64,000 bases of DNA, taken from an uncultured Lachnospiraceae bacterium (lineage in GTDB: Bacteria; Bacillota; Clostridia; Lachnospirales; Lachnospiraceae). The notes under the pieces are model-generated. The model searched no databases. It was not told where the DNA came from and was given only the letters and a program-made list of their open reading frames with translations. Below are positions 31,226-41,528 of the stretch, one piece after another (the first letter of the stretch is position 1; each line of letters opens with the position of its first letter). The stretch spans positions 51,988 to 115,987 of the forward strand of contig CAKRES010000005.1 of assembly GCA_934317845.1 (NCBI GenBank), read 5' to 3'. The position numbers and the translations under genes were made by a program.

Positions 31226-33532
31226 TCAGCCTGTTGTTCGTTCAATATCAATGATCCCATCCAGAGAACGAAGCTTTGTGATCAGACTGTTTAATTCTGA
31301 TGTACCACTTGTTTCAAAGGTAATGGAATACGTAGATTTTCCCTGTTTACCATTTCTGGCATTCAACGAAATGACATCAATCCCCCGCTCTGTAAATACC
31401 TTCGTGATATTCATGAGCAGATTCTGCTGCGTATACGCATAAAGCGTGATCTCAGTTTCAAATCGTTCTCCGTTTTGATCCTGCTCTTTCTTATCCCATT
31501 CCGCCTCGATCAGACGCTGCCGGTCCATCTCATCCATTGCAAGCAGATTAACACAATCTGTCCGGTGCAGGGAAATACCACGGCCTCTGGTAATAAAGCC
31601 CACGATCTCATCTCCCGGAACCGGGTTGCAGCAGCGGCTGAAACGAACCGAAACATCATGAAGTCCTCTGACCACAATGCTGTTTTTCCGGCTGCCCTGT
31701 ACCTTTTTCGGTTGTGCCGACGGAGCACCAAGCTCCTCTAAAATCTCCTCGTTGCTGACCAGCTTTGGATGCTCTTTCTCGTATTCCTCCATGAGCTTAT
31801 TCATGACCTGGCCTTCTTTTAATCCACCGTGTCCGATGGCCGCCAGTGCAGAGTCCCAGTCATGAAAACCATACTTGATCTGTACTCTTTCCTTGTACTG
31901 TGGCTGAAGATACTTGGAAAGTTCTAAGCCCTTTGTCTTGCAGTATTCATGCAACAGTTCTTTTCCGCGTACAATATTTTCTTCTTTAAATTCTTTTTTA
32001 AACCACTGGTTGATCTTATTCTTTGCCTGTGAACTCTTTACGATCTTTAACCAATCACGACTTGGTCCCTTGGCATTCTGAGAGGTCACAATCTCCACCC
32101 GGTCACCATTTTGCAGGATATAATCGATCGGCACCTGCTGTCCGTTGACTCTGGCACCTACCATTTTATTTCCTACCGCACTGTGAATACTATATGCAAA
32201 ATCGACTGTTGTGGAACCATTTGGCAGGTTCTTCACATCACCATCCGGAGTAAAGCAATAGACCTGCTCAGCATAAAGATCCAGATCAGTCTTTACAAAG
32301 CTCAAAAACTCATGATTGCTCTCGGCTTCCTGCTGCCACTCTAAGATCTGGCGCAGCCAGCTTAACTTCTCCTCCTCCTGATCCTTGGTCGTACCGGTTA
32401 AATTCTCTTTGTATTTCCAATGAGCAGCAATACCGTACTCTGCCGTGCGGTGCATTTCATAAGTCCGGATCTGAATCTCAAACGGCTGTCCGTTATGTCC
32501 GATCAATGTCGTATGCAGTGACTGGTACATATTAGACTTTGGCATTGCGATATAATCCTTAAACCGCCCCGGAATCGGAGTATAATTCTCATGGATCACA
32601 CCCAGTGCCGCATAGCAGTCCTTGACCGTTTCCACCTTGATACGCACCGCAAACAGATCATAGATCTGATCCAGTGTTTTGTGCTGGTTGCGCATTTTCT
32701 TATAAATGCTGAAATAATGCTTGACACGCCCATCCACTTCCGCATCAATGCCTGCTTCCTTCATCTGTTTACTTACTTCCGATACGATCGTACGAATAAA
32801 GTCATCACGTTCATTTTTGCGCAATGCGATCTTATCATCCAGATCCTTGTACTCTTCCGGATGCAGATATTTTAAGGAAATATCATCAAGTTCGATCTTA
32901 ACTTTAGAAATACCAAGACGGTGTGCGATCGGAGAATAGATCTCCATTGTTTCCCTTGCCTTTTCAATCTGCTTTTCCGGTTTCATATACTGAAGCGTAC
33001 GCAGATTGTGCAGACGATCCGCCAGTTTTATGATAATGACACGGATATCCTTTGCCATTGCCAAAAACATTTTTCTTAAATTCTCAGCCTGAATATCATC
33101 CTTGGTGTTCGCAAAATTCAGTTGTGTCAACTTTGTGACACCATCTACCAAAAGAGCAATCTCCTCATTAAACTCCTGCGCAAGTTCCTCTCTGGTCATC
33201 ACGGTATCTTCCACGACATCATGCAGGATACCCGCCACGATCGTTTCTTTATCAAGCTCCAGCTCTGCCAAAATGATCGCTACGCAAAGCGGATGAATGA
33301 TATATGGTTCTCCGGATTTCCGTCTCTGCCCTTCATGCGCCTTTTTGGCAATATGATAGGCTTTCTCGATCATGCTGATATCTGTATTCGGATGATACAT
33401 TCTCACACTATTGATCAAACGCTGATAAAGTTCCTCCGGATCTGTAAAATCAGCAGGCGTACTGATGTCCTTTTCTATATGTTTTCCGTCTAATTCCAGA
33501 CTGCTTCTTCCAAAGCTCGTTGGTTCTTCCAT
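31226..33532 (-). CDS. relA: bifunctional (p)ppGpp synthetase/hydrolase Rel
   Basis: HD hydrolase (HDVVEDT), synthetase, TGS and ACT regions; 768 aa. Confidence 0.92.
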   Translation of the reverse strand: MEEPTSFGRSSLELDGKHIEKDISTPADFTDPEELYQRLINSVRMYHPNTDISMIEKAYHIAKKAHEGQRRKSGEPYIIHPLCVAIILAELELDKETIVAGILHDVVEDTVMTREELAQEFNEEIALLVDGVTKLTQLNFANTKDDIQAENLRKMFLAMAKDIRVIIIKLADRLHNLRTLQYMKPEKQIEKARETMEIYSPIAHRLGISKVKIELDDISLKYLHPEEYKDLDDKIALRKNERDDFIRTIVSEVSKQMKEAGIDAEVDGRVKHYFSIYKKMRNQHKTLDQIYDLFAVRIKVETVKDCYAALGVIHENYTPIPGRFKDYIAMPKSNMYQSLHTTLIGHNGQPFEIQIRTYEMHRTAEYGIAAHWKYKENLTGTTKDQEEEKLSWLRQILEWQQEAESNHEFLSFVKTDLDLYAEQVYCFTPDGDVKNLPNGSTTVDFAYSIHSAVGNKMVGARVNGQQVPIDYILQNGDRVEIVTSQNAKGPSRDWLKIVKSSQAKNKINQWFKKEFKEENIVRGKELLHEYCKTKGLELSKYLQPQYKERVQIKYGFHDWDSALAAIGHGGLKEGQVMNKLMEEYEKEHPKLVSNEEILEELGAPSAQPKKVQGSRKNSIVVRGLHDVSVRFSRCCNPVPGDEIVGFITRGRGISLHRTDCVNLLAMDEMDRQRLIEAEWDKKEQDQNGERFETEITLYAYTQQNLLMNITKVFTERGIDVISLNARNGKQGKSTYSITFETSGTSELNSLITKLRSLDGIIDIERTTG

Positions 33533-33567
33533 CCTATCACCTCGCTGCTTTTATTCTCTGTTTTCTT

Positions 33568-34092
33568 TTATTTGCCCGGATAAGAAATAACAGAAGCAAC
33601 GTCATATCCTTTTAAGCGTTCTCTTCCTTTCAATCCTGCCAGCTCCATCAAAAAGATTACCTTGACTACCTTTCCACCTAACTCTTCGACCAGCTTGATC
33701 GCTGCTTCGATCGTACCTCCGGTTGCAATAAGATCATCCACCAATACTACTTTCTGTCCCGGCTTGATAGAGTCCTTATGCATCTCGATCGTTGCCTGTC
33801 CGTATTCCAGATCATAGGTTGCTTCCACCGTCTCACATGGCAGCTTTCCCTTTTTACGGATCGGTACAAATGGCTTGTTGCAGCTATAAGCGATCGGTAC
33901 ACCAAAAATAAATCCTCTGGATTCCGTTCCTGCTACGACATCGTACTCCACGTTATCTAACAGATGCTTCATCTCGTCAATAGCAAGATGCAATCCCTCT
34001 GCATCGGAAAGTACCGTTGTGATATCGCGAAACATAATTCCTTTTTCCGGAAAATCCGGTATGGTTCTCACGTAATCTTCCACTTTTTTCAT
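33568..34092 (-). CDS. apt: adenine phosphoribosyltransferase
   Basis: PRTase motif VVLVDDLIATGGT, 174 aa; classic apt-relA linkage. Confidence 0.92.
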   Translation of the reverse strand: MKKVEDYVRTIPDFPEKGIMFRDITTVLSDAEGLHLAIDEMKHLLDNVEYDVVAGTESRGFIFGVPIAYSCNKPFVPIRKKGKLPCETVEATYDLEYGQATIEMHKDSIKPGQKVVLVDDLIATGGTIEAAIKLVEELGGKVVKVIFLMELAGLKGRERLKGYDVASVISYPGK

Positions 34093-34174
34093 GTTCGTTC
34101 CTCTTTTCTATCGAAATTCTAAACATCCTATTCTATTTTAACAGATGAAAAGATTTTTTCAATGTGTTTCTCCA

Positions 34175-35974
34175 TTATTCTTCATATTTCGCACTGATTA
34201 GTTTTAATTCCACGGAAACATTTCCCATATATTCATTTAACGTCGGCTGATACAAAATGGAAACCGGAAGCATCAGTCGCCTGCCAGATGCCTCTGCTTC
34301 TTTTATCCGGCGAACAACCGGCTCAGGAAATGTCTCAAACAGAGCAAATGGTTCCGCCCCAAAATAAACCGCGTTCACGTGCTTTCCGGTTGGTGTAAGC
34401 AGATTTAACCGCAGTACATTCTGCCGTTTTCCTACTACCTTCACAGTAGTCAGTGTCATATGTTTTTCTGCAAACAAGGCTCTGGAATTCCCATTTCCCG
34501 TCGGTTCCAGCAAAGAAAGCTGTTTTACGAAAGCTTCCCCGATATATTCTACCGGCATTTTCAGATCGATCACATATTTTCTTGCAAGATCTTCCTCAGA
34601 AAGATTTGCGCTTTCATTCAGTCGTTTCCGAAGCAGGGGAAGTTTCGCCTCTTCCAACGTAAAGCCTGCTGCCATTTTATGTCCTCCTACCTTTAAGAAA
34701 CAGTCTTTGTTCTCCATCAGTGCTGCAAACATATCATATTCCGGAATAGAACGTCCGGATCCCTTGACAATTCCCTTTTCCTTTGTATTCGTCAAAAGGA
34801 GCGTCGGTTTTCCAGTATGTTCTCTTACACGTCCTGCCACAATTCCTGCAATGCTTTCATGGCAGTCAGGCAAATGCAATACCAGGACTGCATCCTGCCG
34901 GTACAACTCACTGTCCGCTATGTGGATTGCCAGCGTCTCATTCTTCTTTGACATCTCCTGCCGGAGCTCATTCATTCTTTTTAACTGCTGTGCCCGATGT
35001 TCCGCCTTTTTCTCATCCGTCTCCAACAACAGTTTCAGCCCCCACTTGGCAGACGAAAGCCGCCCCATGGCATTTAAGCACGGACCGAGGGTAAACCCAA
35101 AGCTGTAAGCATTGATGCGTTCCGGCTCCAGCTGATTTACTTCGATCAAAGCAAGCAGCCCAGGCTCTAACGTGCGTTCCCTCACCTTTTTTTGCAGCAT
35201 GGAAATTCCCCGTTTTACAATATCACGATTTTCCTTTTGCAACACCATGACATCACAGACCGTTGCCATAGCAAGATAAGGATACAACCAGTCAAGCTCT
35301 TGCGCTTCTCTTCCCATCGCCACATAAAGCTGCTTCATCACTTTAAAGGCAACTACTGCCCCGCAAATTTCCACAAACGGGTATCCACAGCCCGGCTGTT
35401 TAGGATCTACGATCGCATCAGCATCCGGAAGCTCCTGCTGTGCTTCATGGTGATCTGTGACAATCACTGTCATCTGAAGCTTCTTCGCCAGTGCGATCTC
35501 CTCTACTGCAGCAATTCCATTGTCACAGGTAAGGATCGTATCCACGCCTTCCTCCTGTGCATTTTTGATCAGCTCTGCATTTAACCCATATCCATCCCTG
35601 ATCCGGTGCGGGATCACGTAATCTACCTGTGATGCATCCTTTCCCAAACCGCGAAGCAGCTCCTGCAAACAGGTATAAAGTACATAATTACTGCAGATAC
35701 CATCTACATCATAATCAGAAATAATGCGGATACGTGCTCCCTCACATAATTTCTCCCGGAGGATGTCTACCGCTTTTTGCATGTCCTTTAACAAATGATC
35801 CTCTGTCGCTTCTTTCGTCCTCATTCCGAGATACTGTGCCATCTGCTCATAAGTGGTAAGATCACGGTTTCGCATGATCCGAACCAGTACAGGGTCTACC
35901 TTTAGTTGTTCTGCCAGCGCATGAAAATCCGCCGCTTTATTAAATACTGTCCATATTTCCTGCATTTTAATCAC
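34175..35974 (-). CDS. recJ: single-stranded-DNA-specific exonuclease RecJ
   Basis: DHH motifs (ISDYDVDG, VTDHH) and DHHA1 domain, 599 aa; upstream of apt-relA as in Bacillus. Confidence 0.88.
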   Translation of the reverse strand: MIKMQEIWTVFNKAADFHALAEQLKVDPVLVRIMRNRDLTTYEQMAQYLGMRTKEATEDHLLKDMQKAVDILREKLCEGARIRIISDYDVDGICSNYVLYTCLQELLRGLGKDASQVDYVIPHRIRDGYGLNAELIKNAQEEGVDTILTCDNGIAAVEEIALAKKLQMTVIVTDHHEAQQELPDADAIVDPKQPGCGYPFVEICGAVVAFKVMKQLYVAMGREAQELDWLYPYLAMATVCDVMVLQKENRDIVKRGISMLQKKVRERTLEPGLLALIEVNQLEPERINAYSFGFTLGPCLNAMGRLSSAKWGLKLLLETDEKKAEHRAQQLKRMNELRQEMSKKNETLAIHIADSELYRQDAVLVLHLPDCHESIAGIVAGRVREHTGKPTLLLTNTKEKGIVKGSGRSIPEYDMFAALMENKDCFLKVGGHKMAAGFTLEEAKLPLLRKRLNESANLSEEDLARKYVIDLKMPVEYIGEAFVKQLSLLEPTGNGNSRALFAEKHMTLTTVKVVGKRQNVLRLNLLTPTGKHVNAVYFGAEPFALFETFPEPVVRRIKEAEASGRRLMLPVSILYQPTLNEYMGNVSVELKLISAKYEE

Positions 35975-36063
35975 TCCGTATCATCCGCCGTTTTTGGCCG
36001 GCTTATAAAAAAGGGAGTTCCATCAATATTGACTGGAACTCCCTGATCTATCCCTTTACTTCC

Positions 36064-38373
36064 TTATTTGCGTTTCTTTTTTCCGCCTTTTTTCTTAGAA
36101 GAGGATTTTTTTGCAGAAGCGGATGGTTTGGCAGCACTCTGTGCTTCCTTACCTGCCTTTGCTTTGGCTTTTGCCTCAGCCTGACGCTCTAATTTTGCCT
36201 TTGCAGCTTCTTCTGCTTTCTTCACACCTTTTCTCTTAAACAGATACCATACCGGACCGGTAATACATACAGAGGAGTATGCACCACACACAATACCTGT
36301 CATCAGCGCAACAGCAAACTCATTTAATGATTTTGCTCCCATCAGCCATAACATGAATACCATGATAAAGGTGGTAACAGAAGTATTGATCGTTCTTGTA
36401 AAGGTCTGTGAAATACTGGTATTTACAATCGTATCTAAGCCAACCTTAGCAATGCTCATGCTTCTTAAGTTCTCACGGATACGGTCGAAAATGATGATCG
36501 TCGCATTGATCGAATAACCTACGATCGTCAGCATACATGCGATAAAGGTTGCACCTACAACCAACTGTCCTACAGAGTACAGACAGAATACCACTAATAC
36601 ATCATGGCACAGCGCCAATACTGCAGAACATCCAAACTTCCAGTCTTTGAATCGGAATGCAATATAGATCAGCATCAGGATCGTTGCGATCACGATGGCG
36701 ATCACGGCATCTCTTCTTGTCTCACTACTGATCGTTGCAGAGATATTCTCTGTCTCGATCGCATTTTTCAGCTCGATCGCCTTATCCTTTTCTAAGGCAT
36801 CCTGCACGGCGTCACGCTGTGCTACACTTAACTGCTCTGTCTTTACAATGATCTGGTTGGCATTCTTAACTGCCTGTACCTGAACCGTACCTTCTGAAAT
36901 ATCTGCAGCCTTGGCAACTACCGGTTTTACGATTTTTTCTGCTTCCTTGACTGTCATATCATTCTTCAGTGTCAGTGTCATCGTCGTACCACCGACGAAG
37001 TCCAGATCATAGTTCAATGTACTTCCTGTCTTTTTCTTGTTCATTGGAAGTGCCACAAGACCTACCACGATCACTAACAGGGAAATTACGATACAGAACT
37101 TGCTGAGTTTTACATAGTTAAATACCTTGGTCTCTTTTGCTTTACCATATAATGCCGGTTTCTGTACCCCTACGCTGTAGAAAGAATTCAATAGCCACTT
37201 GGTGATAACTAATGCGGTAAACATGGAAAGGATAATACTAAGTGCTAAGGTCTGTGCAAATCCACGTACTGTACCAGAGCCCTTTAAGTATAATACTGCT
37301 GCTGCGATCAAGGTGGTAATGTTACCATCTAAAATAGCAGATAACGCTTTATTGTATCCGGAATTTAATGCAGTCTTTACAGACTTGCCATCACGGATCT
37401 CCTCTTTGATACGGGTAAAGATGATGACGTTGGCATCCACCGCCATACCAATACCTAAGATCACACCTGCCATACCAGGAAGTGTCAAAGTAACATTAAA
37501 TCCATTTAATGCCAGTAAGGTTAATAAGATGTATGCGATCAGTGCTAATGATGCAATGAATCCAGGCCAGAAGTATACTACGATCATGAATACACAAATG
37601 ATCACAAGACCAATGGCACCTGCTTTTAAACTGGTAGTAACGGCCTCAGAACCTAACTGTGCTGCTACAACCTGGGAACTCATCTCTTCCAGCTCTAATG
37701 GAAGTGCACCGATACGGATGTAGGTAGCTAAAGATTTTGCTTCATCCAAGCTCTCCTGTCCGGTGATCACACATTTACCATCTGTGATCGCTGCCTGAAC
37801 AGTTGGGGCACTGATAACTTCACCATCATAAATGATGTAGATCTGTTTGCCGATGTTTGCACTTGTAGCATCACCGAACTTCTTTGCGCCATCTTTGTTA
37901 AACTCTAATTCTACGACATTTTCTTTCACACCGGTGGTGCTGTCAGTCTGTGTATTGGCCTCCGCACTGGTAATATCAGATCCGGTCACTACCTGTGTAC
38001 CATCTGCTAACTGGAATACCAAAGAACCCGGTTTACCAAGATCCTCTAATACTTTGTTTGCATCTGTCTCGCCCGGAATCTCCACCTGAATACGGTTGCT
38101 TCCTACCTTATATACGTTTGACTCAGTGCTGTACTCCTGTACACGCTCCTGGATCTTCGCAATCGTATCATTGATCTCGGTATCTGTCGGATTGTCCTCT
38201 TTTACCTGATAGGTAATGCTGACACCACCTGCCAGATCCAATCCCAGTTTAATGTGGGAAGCTGTTCCTTTGTGCTGCTTGCCAAGTCCCTGAAGAATAA
38301 TGAAACCTGCAAACACAGAAAGGATGATGAAGCATAAAATGATCAATATGCTTTTCGTTTTCTGATTCTTCAT
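36064..38373 (-). CDS. secDF: protein translocase subunit SecDF (fused) with Lys/Ala-rich C-terminal tail
   Basis: 12 TM segments in two SecD/SecF modules, 769 aa; last ~57 aa are low-complexity K/A-rich. Confidence 0.88.
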   Translation of the reverse strand: MKNQKTKSILIILCFIILSVFAGFIILQGLGKQHKGTASHIKLGLDLAGGVSITYQVKEDNPTDTEINDTIAKIQERVQEYSTESNVYKVGSNRIQVEIPGETDANKVLEDLGKPGSLVFQLADGTQVVTGSDITSAEANTQTDSTTGVKENVVELEFNKDGAKKFGDATSANIGKQIYIIYDGEVISAPTVQAAITDGKCVITGQESLDEAKSLATYIRIGALPLELEEMSSQVVAAQLGSEAVTTSLKAGAIGLVIICVFMIVVYFWPGFIASLALIAYILLTLLALNGFNVTLTLPGMAGVILGIGMAVDANVIIFTRIKEEIRDGKSVKTALNSGYNKALSAILDGNITTLIAAAVLYLKGSGTVRGFAQTLALSIILSMFTALVITKWLLNSFYSVGVQKPALYGKAKETKVFNYVKLSKFCIVISLLVIVVGLVALPMNKKKTGSTLNYDLDFVGGTTMTLTLKNDMTVKEAEKIVKPVVAKAADISEGTVQVQAVKNANQIIVKTEQLSVAQRDAVQDALEKDKAIELKNAIETENISATISSETRRDAVIAIVIATILMLIYIAFRFKDWKFGCSAVLALCHDVLVVFCLYSVGQLVVGATFIACMLTIVGYSINATIIIFDRIRENLRSMSIAKVGLDTIVNTSISQTFTRTINTSVTTFIMVFMLWLMGAKSLNEFAVALMTGIVCGAYSSVCITGPVWYLFKRKGVKKAEEAAKAKLERQAEAKAKAKAGKEAQSAAKPSASAKKSSSKKKGGKKKRK

Positions 38374-38375
38374 GT

Positions 38376-39818
38376 TTAACTCTCCTTTTCTTCCGCCAAA
38401 GCGGCTTTAATCATGATTGCACATTCTACCCGCTTGCGTTCCAGCTCGCATCCTACTTCATAGGTATCATTGATATCCCCATGAAAATTGTAGGAATTTG
38501 CGGCACAGCCGCCGCTGCAGTAAAATCTCGCAAAGCATTTTCTACATTTATCCTTTGCATATACATTGCAAAGTTTAAATTCATCCCGGATAGCTTCTTT
38601 GGTGATGCCGTCATCAACATTTCCCATTAAGAAGTCCTCTTCTCCCACAAACTGATGACACGGATACAGATCTCCCCAAGGTGTCACAGCCAGATATTCT
38701 GTGCCTGATCCACATCCTGACAATCGTTTGGCAACACACGGTCCCTGATTGAGATCGATCATAAAGTGGAAGAAATTAAATCCATTCCCCTCTTTCTGCC
38801 GTGCTACCATCTCTGCCGCCAATTTGTCGTATTCCTCTTTTAACTGGTCAAGATCTTCTTCGCGTATCGCATAATCTGCTTCCGGACCGGCCACCACCGG
38901 TTCCACAGAGATCTGCTTAAACCCAAGATCTGCCAGATGTAAAACATCCTTTGAAAAATCCAGATTGTGGTGGGTAAATGTTCCACGCACATAATAATTG
39001 GTCTGATTTCTTAACGCAGCAAATTCCTGAAACTTTGGAAGGATGATGTCATAGCTGCTCTTTCCGTTTCTGGTCGGACGCATGTAGTCATTGATCTCTT
39101 TTCTTCCATCAATGGATAATACTACATTTGCCATTTCGCGGTTGGCAAATTCCATCATTTCTTCATTTAGTAAAATTCCATTCGTCGTCAAGGTAAATCT
39201 GAAATTTTTGTCATGTTCTTTTTCAATGGACCGTCCATATTCTACAAGCTGTTTGACTACTTCCCAGTTCATCGTCGGCTCTCCGCCAAAGAAATCCACT
39301 TCGAGGTTTCTGCGGTTACCAGAGTTGGCAACTAAGAAATCAAGTGCCTTTTTTCCCACTTCAAAGGACATGAGTGCCCGTCTTCCATGGTACTCCCCTT
39401 CTTCCGCAAAGCAGTAGCGGCAGCCCAGATTACAATCATGGGCAATGTGAAGGCAAAGTGCTTTTACAACAGTCTTACGTTTCTTAAAATCAATGACGTA
39501 GTCCCGGTACTCATCCGGAGCAAATAACAGGCCCTGCTCCTTGAGTTCCTCAATCTCCTCCATCGCTTCTTCAACATCTGCACGCGGATACGCCTCACTG
39601 CAGGCATCCACGATCTGCTGTCTGACTTTCTCCGGAAGTTTCACCTGACAACTGTCACAGTTTTTTGCACAAGATGCATCCTCTGACTCACAGAGCGTTT
39701 CGTATGCCTCACTGTAACGAGCCAGTACATCGTATACCACATCATCAACTACATGAACGGAGCCACTGCAAACATCAAGAACAATATTGTATCCATTATT
39801 CTTATACTGATGTATCAT
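38376..39818 (-). CDS. scfB: SCIFF peptide radical SAM maturase (SPASM domain)
   Basis: CNLGCRYCF radical SAM cluster motif, C-terminal Cys-rich SPASM region, encoded immediately downstream of a SCIFF precursor gene. Confidence 0.85.
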   Translation of the reverse strand: MIHQYKNNGYNIVLDVCSGSVHVVDDVVYDVLARYSEAYETLCESEDASCAKNCDSCQVKLPEKVRQQIVDACSEAYPRADVEEAMEEIEELKEQGLLFAPDEYRDYVIDFKKRKTVVKALCLHIAHDCNLGCRYCFAEEGEYHGRRALMSFEVGKKALDFLVANSGNRRNLEVDFFGGEPTMNWEVVKQLVEYGRSIEKEHDKNFRFTLTTNGILLNEEMMEFANREMANVVLSIDGRKEINDYMRPTRNGKSSYDIILPKFQEFAALRNQTNYYVRGTFTHHNLDFSKDVLHLADLGFKQISVEPVVAGPEADYAIREEDLDQLKEEYDKLAAEMVARQKEGNGFNFFHFMIDLNQGPCVAKRLSGCGSGTEYLAVTPWGDLYPCHQFVGEEDFLMGNVDDGITKEAIRDEFKLCNVYAKDKCRKCFARFYCSGGCAANSYNFHGDINDTYEVGCELERKRVECAIMIKAALAEEKES

Positions 39819-39840
39819 CTTTTACTCCTTATATTCCAAA

Positions 39841-39875
39841 CAATATAAAAGGCTATTCAATGCTATGAATAGCCT
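39841..39875 (-). terminator. hairpin attenuator/terminator between scfA and scfB
   Basis: 10-bp perfect stem AGGCTATTCA/TGAATAGCCT with 6-nt loop, followed on the minus strand by TTTTATATTGTTT. Confidence 0.55.
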
Positions 39876-39902
39876 TTCTCTTACATCACATTTCGTATGC
39901 AA

Positions 39903-40046
39903 TTACTTCTGAGTCTCGCAAGTCTGGTTACCAACGGTACATGAAGTCTTGCATGCAGACTGGCAGGAAGTCTGGCACTCGCCGCATCCGCCTTTTGCCA
40001 TCGTATTCTTTAACGTCTTGGTTGTTAATGTCTTAATGCGTTTCAT
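39903..40046 (-). CDS. scfA: SCIFF ribosomal peptide precursor (six cysteines in forty-five residues)
   Basis: 47-aa ORF absent from the >=60-aa track: MKRIKTLTTKTLKNTMAKGGCGECQTSCQSACKTSCTVGNQTCETQK; GGAGG RBS 7 nt upstream; extended -10 promoter TGcTATAAT at 40067-40075. Confidence 0.85.
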   Translation of the reverse strand: MKRIKTLTTKTLKNTMAKGGCGECQTSCQSACKTSCTVGNQTCETQK

Positions 40047-40146
40047 ATTTGCGCCTCCTTAATTCTAACTTCCAACATTATAGCACATCAAAAAATATCT
40101 GAAAAGTATTTTTTTACAATCTTTGCGTCACCTTTGCAATTAGAAT

Positions 40147-41052
40147 TTACTGATGCAGAATCGTATCATATAACAATGCCATACGGATCCACATGCCATT
40201 ATGTGCCTGTTCAAAATATTTTGCCCGTGGATCGTCGTCTACCTCCGGTGCGATCTCTGCATTCCTTGGCAATGGATGCAACAGGATCGTATCTTTTGAA
40301 AAACGGCTCATGACATTTTTATCAACAATAAACTCCTTCGTTGCCAGATCACTCTCCGTAAACCGCTCCAGCTGGGTACGGGTGCTGTAGATCACATCAA
40401 TATCCTCCGGCAGATCTTCAAAACTGCTGCATGGAATATACGTCGCACCAAAATGGTGCAGATACTCTACATATTCCTTTGGCAGAGCAAAATGTGGCGT
40501 AGAAAGTCCGTAGATGATCACATGGTCAAATACCGTAAGCAGTTTGATCAGAGAATGCACCGTACGTCCAAACAAAAGATCACCCACCATTGCTACAGAT
40601 ATATGGTCAAATTTTTTGCCGCATTTGTGCATCGTATAAACATCCAGCAATGACTGGGTCGGGTGGGAACCACTTCCACTCCCTGCGTTAAAGATCGGCA
40701 CCGTGGAAACCGCAGCAGCACGCTGTGCCGCATCCTTATCGAAATGACGCATGACAATTCCGTCCGTATAGCCACTGATCACCCGGATCGTATCCTCTAA
40801 TGTTTCTCCCTTGGTCGCAGAGGATGCCTCTTTCGCATTCTCCGTGCTGATATTCTTAGCTCCCAGACGTAAGATTGCCGATTCAAAGGAAAGTCGGGTA
40901 CGGGTGCTTGGCTCAAAGAACATCGTAGCGATCACTTTTCCTTTTAAGCTTTCCTCATATTTTTCCGGATGGGTATTCATATCATCTGCAATCGAAAACA
41001 AATGCTCCAGATACGCACGATCAAATTGTTCACATGAAATAATATGCTTCAT
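40147..41052 (-). CDS. pyrB: aspartate carbamoyltransferase catalytic subunit
   Basis: STRTR, HPTQ and HPLPR motifs; 301 aa; no pyrI or other pyr genes adjacent. Confidence 0.8.
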   Translation of the reverse strand: MKHIISCEQFDRAYLEHLFSIADDMNTHPEKYEESLKGKVIATMFFEPSTRTRLSFESAILRLGAKNISTENAKEASSATKGETLEDTIRVISGYTDGIVMRHFDKDAAQRAAAVSTVPIFNAGSGSGSHPTQSLLDVYTMHKCGKKFDHISVAMVGDLLFGRTVHSLIKLLTVFDHVIIYGLSTPHFALPKEYVEYLHHFGATYIPCSSFEDLPEDIDVIYSTRTQLERFTESDLATKEFIVDKNVMSRFSKDTILLHPLPRNAEIAPEVDDDPRAKYFEQAHNGMWIRMALLYDTILHQ

Positions 41053-41168
41053 TTTTCTTCTCCTTCGCTCTATATAAATGTTTTTATCATAATTTTCCGG
41101 ATCGTCTCATACAGTATAGCAGATGCTCCACAAAGACAGCAACACCAGCCACGACCGGGAGGTATATT

Positions 41169-41528
41169 ATGACACAAAAAGGTAAACTATTAGAAACTCT
41201 CAAATGCCTATTGCTTTCCTATGCAGCTACCATTATTTTTCTCCTGCTGCTCACCTTTTTGGTGTACCAGTTTCAATTAACCTCTGCGATCACCAACATT
41301 GCCATCATCTGCATCTATATCCTTACCTGTTTCTTTGGCGCATTCCGGCTCGGAAAACAGGTGAAACAGCAACGTTTTCTCTGGGGACTGATCCTCGGGG
41401 CATTTTATATTGCCTTGCTTCTTCTGATCTCTCTGCTTGTCAACCACACCATTGCTCTGTCTACGACCAATCTTACGGTTTTTGTTCTATGCCTGGTAAG
41501 TGGTATGCTTGGCGGTATGACCAGCTAA
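41169..41528 (+). CDS. small integral membrane protein (hypothetical)
   Basis: 119 aa, 3-4 predicted TM helices; divergent from pyrB. Confidence 0.5.
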   Translation: MTQKGKLLETLKCLLLSYAATIIFLLLLTFLVYQFQLTSAITNIAIICIYILTCFFGAFRLGKQVKQQRFLWGLILGAFYIALLLLISLLVNHTIALSTTNLTVFVLCLVSGMLGGMTS

